Shown in pieces: positions 11,693 to 23,424 of a stretch of 64,000 bases of DNA. Where the stretch lies: assembly GCA_964016885.1 (NCBI GenBank), contig OZ024740.1, positions 208,630,001 through 208,694,000 on the forward strand. Reading direction: 5' to 3'. This DNA is from Eledone cirrhosa (lineage: Eukaryota). Within the stretch, counting starts at the first letter, position 1. Each line of letters opens with the position of its first letter. The translations under genes and the position numbers were made by a program. Under the pieces are notes generated by a model. That model was not told the origin of the DNA, did no database searches, and worked only from the letters and a program-made list of their open reading frames with translations.

Positions 11693-14600
11693 TGTAAGTG
11701 TCATCATCATCATCATCATCATCGTTTAACGTCTATCTTCCACGCTAGCATGGGTTTAGACGGGAATTGTCCCACTTGAGGCAAGATTGGTTGGGTGACC
11801 GTGTCTCACTCGTATAGGACTGTCTGGCAGTCATCATCATCATCAACGTTTAACGTCCGTGTTCCACGCTTGCATGGGTTTGGACGGGGGTATTCCCACT
11901 TGAGGCAAGAGTGATTGTCTTGCTCGCATAGGACTGTCTGGCGGGTTTTCTACAGTTGGATGCCCTTCCTAACACCAACCACATTTACAGTGTGGGACTG
12001 GGAGGTTTTTACCGTGTTGCCTACACGGCCACATTACAGCGTGGACTGTGTGTTTTTTTGTCGTGACACCTACACGATCTCATTTGTTTCGGCCTGGATG
12101 TTGTGGCACCAACATAACTTTACCTAGGAGGGGTGGTGTGGATGGGGTGTGGGTGGTGGGACGTGGGTGTATTTTGTTAGAGATGCCTACTGGCTTTAGT
12201 AGGTTTTACTATGTATTTAGGTAAGGCGGGTCTTCTCTATTACTGAGTACCGCCAAAGGTCTCGGTCCAGTGACATTGTCTTGGTGAGGTGTAAGTGTGT
12301 GAGGTCGGAGTTTATCAGCTCATCCCAGGTTTTTCTGGGTCTGCCTATTCCGTGGCTACCGTCTATCTTTATTGCCCTGCACTTTGTTATACAGCTATCG
12401 TCCTTCATGCGCATTACGTGACCATACCAACGTAGCCTTCTCTCGAGTAGACAACATCTGATCCCTCTTATTTCTAATTTTTTCCTTAGTTCGTTTATGC
12501 TTTGTCGTTCACGTATATTACTATTACACATCCAGCGGAGCATGCAAGCTTCGTTTCTCTCTAGTCTGCGTATATCTTCTGCACACAATGCCCAGGTCTC
12601 ACTGCCATGCAACATTGCTGTTCGTATGCAGGCATCGTACAACCTGCCTTTCATTTTTAGGGAGAACCCTTTAGCGGCTAATAGTGGTATAAGCTCTCTG
12701 AACTTTTTCCACCCAGTTCTGACTCTAGCTACTGTACTTTCAGAGCACCCTCCCCCACTGCTGATTTTGTCACCCAGGTAACGGAAGCTGTCCACTATTT
12801 CTATAGAACCCTCTGCGCAGCTGAAAGAGCTAGTATTTTGTGGGCATTTGCTGCTACTTATTGCGCCGGAACACCGGCCACATGTAAAATCTATGTTCTT
12901 AGTTAGCTTACCTGTGATACCACTACATCTTTTATGCACCCAAACTTTGCATTTGGGGCACAAAATGGAGTTTCTACCTACGCGTTTCCTACACTCTGCG
13001 CATGGCCACTTCCCGGAGGGGACCGCCGCCTTATTTTCTTTCTTACAAATTAGAACTTTAGTCTTAGCCAGGTTAATTTTAAGGCCTTTTGATTCTAGGC
13101 CGTGCTTCCATGTTTGGAATTTCTTCTCTAGCTCGGCCATTGATTCAGCTATGAGCGTTAGATCATCTGCGTATAGGAGTTCCCATGGGCAGCCGGTCTT
13201 GAACTCCACTGTTATAGCCTGGAGGGCAATAATAAATAGTAGGGGGCTAAGAACAGATCCCTGATGAACACCAACTTTTACACTAAACTCTTCACTATAT
13301 TCGTTGTTAATTCTAACCTTGCTGACTGTTTCTTTATACATGGCTTGTATAGCTCTCACAAGCCATTCATCAACACCTAGTTTTCTAAGAGCCCACCAGA
13401 TAATGGAACGGGGGACTCTGTCGAAGGCTTTCTCCAAGTCGACGAAAGCTAAGTATAGGGGTTTACTTTTAGCTAGGTACTTCTCCTGTAGTTGTCGTAC
13501 AATGAAAAGAGCGTCTGTGGTACTTTTTCCTGACACAAACCCAAACTGCATTTCATCTAGATCAATTCGCTCTCTGATTAGTTGCGCTATTCCTTTTTCC
13601 GTGACCTTCATGACCTGGTCGATTAATTTAATGCCTCTATAGTTACTCCTATCTAGGGCATCTCCTTTACCCTTATAACAGTTAACGATGATGCTGCTAC
13701 GCCAGTCCTTCGGAACAACCCCATTCTGTATGACTTGGTTTACTATCCGGGTGACCATGGTGTGTCCCACCGTACCAGATGCCTTCAGCATCTCGGCAAC
13801 TATTTCCGAAGGCCCAGCCGCCTTGCCTGTCTTCATATCTTTGATTGCCTTACTTATTATACTACCCTCGACTAACACTGCTGGTCCCTCTATTGGGTCG
13901 ATGTGGGGGAGACTGTCTTTCTCCCATTTATTCTCCTCATTTAGTAGCCTTTCATAGTGACACTTCCAAGCTACCTTCTTATCGGCGTCGGTGATGGCAA
14001 GTACGCCGTCATCGTTAAGTACGCACTTCTCCCCGACAATATCACTGTTTTCCTTGACACATTGCCTAGCAATCCTGAACACCTCACGTTTTTGGTCCTC
14101 ACGTTGTAGAACATGCTTGAACTTTCTTTCCTCTGCTTCCCTTCTTGCGAAGTACACTTGTCTCCTAGCTTCCCTCCTGGCCACTTGATAGTCTTCTCTG
14201 CTTCCCCCATCCCGCCATACTTTCCAAGCCTGCTTTTTGGCCTTAATTGACCCCTCCACCTTACTGTTCCACCACCATGTTACTCTCCTCCTGCCTACAG
14301 GCCTGCTCCAGCCACAGACTTCGTCTGTCGCCGTCAGCAGGTTTGCTTTCAGGAATTCCCACTGTTCCTCTACCTTGTACGACTCTAATTGCTCTTCCTT
14401 ACTGTCGAAAGCATCAAGTAATATGCTTTGGAATATATTTTTCGCTGTGGGGTCCTTTAGCTTCCATATTTTTCTCCTGAGGATAGTCCTCTTCTGTTGT
14501 CTAGTACGTCTCGTCCTGACTATTAGGTCGCTAATTATCAGTCTATGTTGGGAGGTGCATTCTTCATGGGGGAGGGATTTAGTGTTTACAACAGTCACTT

Positions 14601-16189
14601 TGTCACGTCTTCTGGTAAGGATATAATCTACCTGGCTGGTATGTTCCCCTGATCTGTAGGTGATCAAGTGATTGTCTCATTTTTTGAAGTTAGTGTTGCA
14701 GATAGTTAGGTTATTTGCGTCACAGAATTCCAGGATTCTGGAGCCTTCCTCATTTCTAGTACCAAACCCATAGCCTCCATGGATTTCGTCGTAGCCGTCA
14801 CAATGTTGTCCAACGTGACCGTTTAGGTCGCCTGCAATAATTATATAGTCACTGTCGGTTATTTGGGAGGTAGTGAGCATCAGTGTCTCATAGAATCTGT
14901 GTATAGTATCAGTGTGTATATATATATATATGTATCAGTGTGTATATATATATATATATATATAAAAGCTTGTACGTGTATATAGCTATATATATATATA
15001 TAAGCTTTACATGTATATAGCTGTATATATATATAAGCTTGTGCATGTATATAGCTATATATATAAGCTTGTGCATGTATATAGCTATATATATAAGCTT
15101 GTACATGTATATCACTATATATATATAAGCCTGTATATGTATATAGCTATATATATAAGCTTGTACATGAATATAGTATATATATATATATATATATAGT
15201 AATAATAATAAATGTGAAGACTAAAGTCTGAAGAGGGGTCGAAAAGAGGATAATATATATATATAAATATATATAAAACCATAGAGCAAATATTTCAGAA
15301 GATCCGTTAAGGGTGAAAGCAACGATTCTTTGCTTAAACTTTAATCTGTTATTTTAATAAATATATATATACATATATATATGTTCGATATGCAGAAAAG
15401 GGACTGGCATAAATTCTATAAAATGCACACAATGCAGATCCTGGGTACACAAGAGATGTAGTGGGATAGCAGGCAAACTAACAGGTAGGGAGAAATATGT
15501 ATGCAGTAGATGTACAGGGAAATTAGACAGTAGAAGTCGCATTGATAGACACATTTTTCAAATGCAGGCGGGTGCTATAGAAGTGGTGGATAGCTTCCGA
15601 TACCTAGGAGATCAGATTACCATGGGAGGGGGGTGTTCTGAGGCCATAGTATCTAGAATAAGGACGGGTTGGAAGAAGTTTAGGGAGCCGCTTCCTCTGC
15701 TGACGAAGGGTTTCTCCCTGCGTACGAAAGGCCGGTTATATGATGCCTGTGTGAGGAGCGCGATGCTGCATGGTAGTGAGACATGGGCGGCAACTGCAGA
15801 GGATATGCGACGGCTGGAGAGAAATGAGGCAAGCATGCTCCGTTGGATGTGCAATGTCAATGTGCGTGAACGACCCAGCATGAATGTGTTGAGAGAGAAA
15901 CAGAGAGGGATAGAATGTAGTGTGCAAGAGAGGAGACTGAGGTGGTATGGACATGTGATGTGTATGGAGGATGACCGATGGGTGAAGAAGTGCCAGGAAA
16001 TGTTGAAGGAAGACGTGGTTGAGGTAGACCACGAAAAACATGGGCGGAGGTGGTGAGAACAGACCTCAGATCGCTGAAGCTCACGGTGGAGATGACGAAG
16101 GACCGTGACAAGTGGAGAGATGCTGTGCTGAATAAGATCCGTCCCACCCTTGCAAGCAGGGAAAAGCAGACGTAAAATGATGATGATGA

Positions 16190-16242
<53 letters not shown>

Positions 16243-17097
16243 TGTACATGTATATAGCTATATATATATATAAATATAAGCTTGTATATATGTATATTGC
16301 TATATATATATAAGTTTGTATATGTATATTGCTATATATATATAAGCTTGTATATCGCTATATATATAAGCTTGTATATAGCTATATATATATATAATGG
16401 CGGCGAAGATTCGAAACCGAATCTGAGCTTTCCCGCCTCTGGGACAAGCCATGGTAAGTTGTTTACGCTCGACAGACCAACCCCTTAGGAGATGCTAAAC
16501 ACAGGTCAGAGGTGTTTACGCCTGACAGAAAATAGGTCAGAGGATATATCCATCTTTCTGAGTTGTTTACACCTGGCAAACCAACCCCTTGGGAGATACT
16601 AACCAAAGGTCAGAGGATATATCTATCCTTCCAACTTCAACCCTTATAAATACAAGTCTTGTTTACGCCCCGAGAGAAAAAGTGTTACCACGGACAAGAA
16701 CGGACATTTCACCTACTCTGACAAATCTCCCTTCACGAAAAACGTCTGTCACTATTTCTCACACGCCTGACTTAGTTATTACTAGTACTACTGCTAAAAC
16801 AAGAAAGTATAGTAAGTTCACACTGTTTGCATTTTTACACGCACCATTTCTGTCATTCACATTGTATCTTTCGGATACAGTACAAATTATATTATAATCG
16901 TATTCTGTGATACTTGTATTTATGTGGCTTGAAGAGACACCAAATTATTGTACAAATATTTCATGTTATAGATTTTATCATTCAATATTCAAATTGAATA
17001 TTGTTATAATAAAATAAATATTGTTACAACACAATCCTGGTATTATTCTTTGCATTGAAACCATCTATCCACTTATTGTTACAATTCAAATATTCGT

Positions 17098-17161
<64 letters not shown>

Positions 17162-20082
17162 CTTGTGTATGTGTATAGCTATATGTATATATATAAGCTT
17201 GTATATGTATATTGCTATATATATAAGCTTGTATATGTATATTGCTATATATATAAGCTTGTATATATGTATATTGCTATATATATAAGCTTGTATATGT
17301 ATAATTTGTCGATCGACTTTCGTCAAATCGGACCGAGGAAACAATGTTTCCGTTGGTCTTTCCAATTGCTAATACTATCTATCGGTTGCAACTCCAGGTA
17401 GAAGGAGCAACGTGAAATAAAGTGTCTTTCTCAAGGACATAACGCATCGCCTGGTCCAGGAATCAAACTGACAATCTCACGATCGTGAATCCAGTTCTCT
17501 AACCAATCAGCCACACGCCTTCACTATATGTATATTGCTATATATATATATAAGCTTGTATATGTATATCGCTATATATATAAGCTTGTACATGTATCTA
17601 GCTATATATATCAGCTTGTACATGTATGTATGAATGTTGGTATATAATTGTTTCTACTTTTGGCACAAGGCCAGCAATTATCCCAGTGTATTACTGGTAC
17701 TTTATTTTATCAACCCCCGTAAGGATGAAAGGCAAAGTTAACCTCGGCGGGATTTGAACTCAGTCCGTAAAGGGATGTAACTGTGCTACAAAGCACGGTG
17801 TCTGACTCTACCGATACTGCCAATCCACCGCCCTTGGTTGGTATATAATGATATGTAAATATATATATATTTCTGTGCTCTAGCTATATATATAAGCTTG
17901 TCCATGTATGTCAGGTCATTCTTCAGCATTATTGGTAACATATAACCCAGTACAACCTGTGCATGGTCGGGTCATTGGCAACTAAACAGGCAACCCCTCC
18001 AAGTTTGCTTGGTGAGGAGGGTTATTTTGGACACCCTGTGTGATGAAAATCAAAACCCGTCAAAGGATGGAGGAACTCAGGAGAGTCAACGGCCATCCAA
18101 TAAACATATTTATTTAAGCGAGAGACTCCTAGTCTTCATTAAGACATTTCTCTAGAAGGTGATTCTGATATAAAACCTGTGACTTCATTTGCATCTAATG
18201 ATATAAACCAGTTCTTCTTTTGGGGTATATGCATTTGATGTTCAGAGAGTGAGATTGGCCCCGTACAAAGCTTTCCTCACTTAAAAAAGCTTCAAGCACA
18301 GGAATTGCTTGATATTTGGCATTTTTTGCGATGCATGGTATTGCTGGCCATAGGCAAGTCCCTAACAGGACTAAAATGCCATGTCTGTGATGCTCATACT
18401 TTAGTATCAAATGGGGGCATTACTCAAAATCGAGTCGCAGCCATCATATAAGCTTGTACATGTATGTATGAATGTTGGTATATAAATTTCTTCCTTACAC
18501 ACATTTAGAAATGATACAATATATAATTATTTTAATTTCTATTCTAATTGATACTCTGCAGTATGCTGTTGAGAATCACAATAAAACAAGTTGGTTACCA
18601 AAATCACAATATCGAGATGGATATATCCGCTTCATTGGCAAAGAGAATTCCTCAGTCTACAACTGTCTGTTCAATTGGTTTGGCGGTGAGATACCATTTA
18701 TTATATTTTGTTGGGTGGAGGGGGCGTGGGGGCAGTGTTGGTGAAATAATTAGTAAATGAGAGAAAGAGAGAGAGTAGGGCTCAACTAAATAGACTGGCA
18801 CTTCTCATTATTTTCACCTTGTTTCAGGCAATGTCCTTATTCCAGTTATGTGGATGTCTCCAGTGTATTCTGATGACAATATTACCAAATTTCCTGTTGT
18901 CATATTCTCCCATGGTCTTGGAGGTATGCGAACGACATACACTACAATCTGCGTGGATCTCGCATCACATGGATTTATTGTTGCAGCAGTTGAACACAGG
19001 TAACATTGTTAGTAATTAACTGATATATATAGGGCCCACCTCAGTAGGAATCTCACATCCCATGGATTTATTATTGTAGCTTTGTTTTTATGTATTTTTT
19101 ATTGTTTAACTAAGTAGTGAAGAGTGGGGCCTATGTCTCATCCCCAAGAGAAATGAAATTGTAGCCATTGGTGTCCTATTTAAATTGTTGCAAAGACATG
19201 GAGAGGAGTGGGGGTTCAGATGGCCATCATTCTGAGAATAGTGGTTAATGTGGGGCTTAGAGGTTTGACACAACATATGTGATGAGAGGAGGAGAGATGA
19301 GTAAGTGACAAGACCAGTTCTGAAGAGCAGATGCCAGTCAAGTAACAGTAGAAAAGACACAACATTGTTATATTTTCATCTATCTTCCAGAGATGGCTCA
19401 GCATAGACAGCCTATTGTTACCTGTAGATGTATATATATCATTATCATCATCATCATCATTTTATGTTCGCTTTTCCCTGCTAGCAAGGGTGGGACGGGA
19501 AGTGATTTCTACAGCTGGATGCCGTTCCTAATACCAACCTCATTTACAGTGAGTGCTGGGTGCTTTTTTGCCGTGGCACCTACACGTCCACTTTACAGTC
19601 CCTATCATCTCATTTCTACAGCTGAGTAAACTGGAGCAATGTGAAATAAAGTGTCTTGCTCAAGGAAACAACACATCACCCGGTCTGAGAATTGAACTCA
19701 CAACCTTTCGATTGCAAGGCCAATGCTCTAACCACTAAGCCATGTGCCTCCATATATATTATTAGCATCTCACACCTGTATATACGTTTGTCTTATACCT
19801 TCCAGGGATGGCTCAGCATAGACAGCCTATTGTTAACTGATGTATACATAACAGCCGATCGGCAAGATCCCAGACCTGGAGCTCGTCAAATTGAACTGAG
19901 GAAACAATGTTTCCATTGGTCTTTCAATTGGTAATACTATCTACCGATTGCAAATCCAGGCAGAAGGAGCAACGTGAAATAAAGTATGTTGCATCACCTG
20001 GTCTGGGAATCAAACTCACAACCTCATGATTGTGAATCCAATTCTTGAACCACTCAGTCATGCGCCTTCACTAATGTAGATG

Positions 20083-20123
<41 letters not shown>

Positions 20124-23100
20124 ATTATTATTATTATTATTAGCATATCTAAAGTCTAATGTCTGTCTCGAGTCTGGAGGCTCATCAGGCCGGTGCTTAT
20201 TTTAGTTTTTGTGGATTGAAGTGACAGAGTACCAGACTTCCCCCTGGACAGAACACCAGTCCATCACAGGGTTAAACCCCCAGCTATTGCTGGTACTCAT
20301 TTTCAGCTGAGTACACTGGAGCAACATGAAATAAAGTGTTTTGCTCAAGAACACAACATGCAACCCAGCCCAGGATCGAACCCATGACATTATGATTGTA
20401 AATCCAACACCATTACCACTAGGCCACACACTTCCACTATTAGCATATCACACCTGTATATATTTTTGTCTCATACCTTCCAGGGATGGTTCAGCCTCTG
20501 CAACTTATTATTTAAATGAATGCAATCTCCCTGATGGAGTAAATGGCACTAGTGTTGATAGATCTGACAACATTGGCCGTGTTTTTCAAGAAGAATGGAA
20601 AATGTATGAACAACACAATAGAGATGACTTTGTCTTGAGAAACAAACAGGTAAGTGTATAATCTGAACCCTTAACCTTTTAGCATTTAAACCAGCCATAT
20701 CCAGCCAGAATCCTTTCATTTCTTTCTGTTCAGCCCGGCCCTATCCAGCCACTCATACTGATGTTAAGGTATTGATCTCAAAATATATAATAAAATTTCA
20801 TATATTTGATATTATGTGAGATAATTATGTGAGGTAAAGCCTTTACCATGAAAATACAATAGTAAATATAGAGTAATGTAAATGCTAAAGTATTAAACAA
20901 TATATCAGAAGTTTCCAACCTGGTCTATATTTAACCCATGGGATTTAATTTCCTCTGCTCAAAGAGTAAGTTGGCTGATTCTGGATTTGTAATTATTTTA
21001 TTTCAATTATAATTATTAGCAATGTGAAATTGGGAAGAAAATTTGAAACATACTTATTTTGTTTATATTAATTTTCCTTTCTACCATTTTGGAATTAATG
21101 ATCTCTATGAGTCTCATTGATGTGTTCACATTGACAGACTGTATCTGGTCCTAGTACCAGTACCTGTTAACATTGACTGTATCTGGTCCTAGTACCAGTA
21201 CCTGTTAACATTGACTGTATCTGGTCCTAGTGCCAGTACCTGTTAACATTGACTGTATCTGGTCCTAGTACCAGTACCTGTTAACATTGACTGTATCTGG
21301 TCCTAGTACCAGTACCTGTTAACATTGACTATCTGGTCCTAGTACCAGTACCTGTTAACATTGACTGTATCTGGTCCTAGTACCAGTACCTGTTAACATT
21401 GACTATCTGGTCCTAGTACCAGTACCTGTTAACATTGACTGACTGTATCTGATCCTAGTAGCAGCATATGTTAACATTGACTGTATCTGGTCCTAGTACC
21501 AGTACCTGTTAACATTGACTATCTGGTCCTAGTACCAGTACCTGTTAACATTGACTATCTGGTCCTAGTACCAGTACCTGTTAACATTGACTGACTGTAT
21601 CTGATCCTAGTAGCAGCATATGTTAACATTGACTATATTTAGTCCTAGTAGCAGCATCTGTTAACATTGACTATATTTAGTCCTAGTACTAGCATCTGTA
21701 AACGTTGACTGTATTTAGTCCTAGTACCAGTATCTGTTAACATTAACTGACTATATTTAGTCCTAGTACCAGTATTGGTTCACATTGACTAACTGTTCAT
21801 ATTAACTAACTGCATTTGGTCCTAGTACCAGTATCTGTTAACATTGACTAACTGTATCTGATTTTAGTACTGTAGAGACATAAATACAAATTACTGAACA
21901 AAACAGAGTGGGGGTAAATTTACTTTCAAAACATTGCCATAGGTTGAACAGGATGTAAAAGGTTGGAACCTCTGAAATATACATGGGCCAGTGGTGTATT
22001 GATTGAAGTCCACTGAGTATTGTCAGAAATTCAGCAGTTGTTCCTCTTAATTTCAGATTAACACCATTTTCTTTTGACTAAATTCCAGGTAAAAGTCAGG
22101 CAACGAGAATGTATTCAAGCACTAGAGCTCCTTCAGAAACTCAACAATGGAGAGAGAATTTGTAACCTTGTTAATACTAAAATGAGTTTTGATCATTTCA
22201 AGGTAATTTGTTGTATTTATTCCAATAAGTTATATTTTTATGTATCTTTTATGTTTCCATCTCATGGACATATGGTTAGAATGTCTCGGGGAAAGAATTG
22301 CTGGATAGATCTTATGGGCAAAACCAACTGGCAGGAGACCTAGATGTAGACCCCGAGCAATATGATTGGATAACATACATGAGCTCAGCAGGTCTTGCTT
22401 GAGGATCCAGTTGTATCAATTGGAGATGGTTGCTTCTAACAGGAACAGGTTGTTTCTAACAGAAACCTCAACGGCCCTCTCAGGAATAAGTGGGGCAAAG
22501 AATAAGTTATAGTTTTACATTTTAATGAGGGAAATAACTTTGTTCTTGTGCATCACTGTATCCTCTATAATTTTGTATTTTAGATGCATCATCATCACAC
22601 CCACTTTTCCGTGTTTGCATGGATTTGACAGGTCGTTTTCAGCACAGCATCTCTCCACATGTTATATATCTTTGTCATTTCTGTGAGTTTCAGCAATTTG
22701 AGATCAGCAGTACCACTTTACAGGGTGGACTCGGTACTTTTTGTCTTGGCCCCGGCAGTACTATTTTACAGAGTGGACTGGGTTTTTTTTGTCTTGGCTT
22801 CAACACTATGTAAGAATATTTACAAGAACACTATCTGATATATTTTAGGACCATTTGGATCTGTCTAATGTCTGTATTGCTGGACATTCTTTTGGTGGTG
22901 CTACAACTATTATGGTCCTTGCTAAAGACAAAAGATTCAGGTAAATATATTAACAACATACTTCTTTATTACAATATCTAAATATTTAATTACTAATGCC
23001 GGGCAAAACCAACCGGCAGCAGACCCTGAGCAAGATGGTTGGATAACATCCATGAGCTTGGCTGGTCTTGCTTGGGGATCCAGCCAGATCAGTTGGAGAT

Positions 23101-23390
23101 GGTTGCTTCTGACAGGACCTGCTGGAAGGAGTGTTTGAGGACTCTGTCCCCACAACCCACTCAGGAATAAGTGGGAGAAGAAGAAGAGAATTACTAATTT
23201 ATTTATTTATTATAAACAAATCACATTAGTAACTTATACCTTTTCTTATATATTGTTGTTCTTGTCTAAATTAACTGGGAAAGATAAAATGTTGTATCAT
23301 TGACAATAGATTTTAGCTTTTGCATGAATAAAATGAAATTATCTCATCCAATTTACTGGATTCAATTTGTATGTTCCACTCATATATACA

Positions 23391-23424
<34 letters not shown>

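Larger units (their letters stand above)
14905..17910. repeat. Interrupted ~30-bp minisatellite (tatatatataagcttgtacatgtatatagc)
   Basis: Blocks at 14905-15180, 16230-16395, 17155-17300, 17525-17635 and 17880-17910, separated by inserted elements. Confidence 0.85.

Noticed and set aside
12497-14626. Plus-strand ORFs of 65-138 aa (also 29663-32210)
   Set aside because: Antisense shadows of RTE ORF2
21128-21870. CRISPR-like array of ~37-bp repeats
   Set aside because: No unique spacers, head-to-tail units, inside a eukaryotic intron, no cas genes
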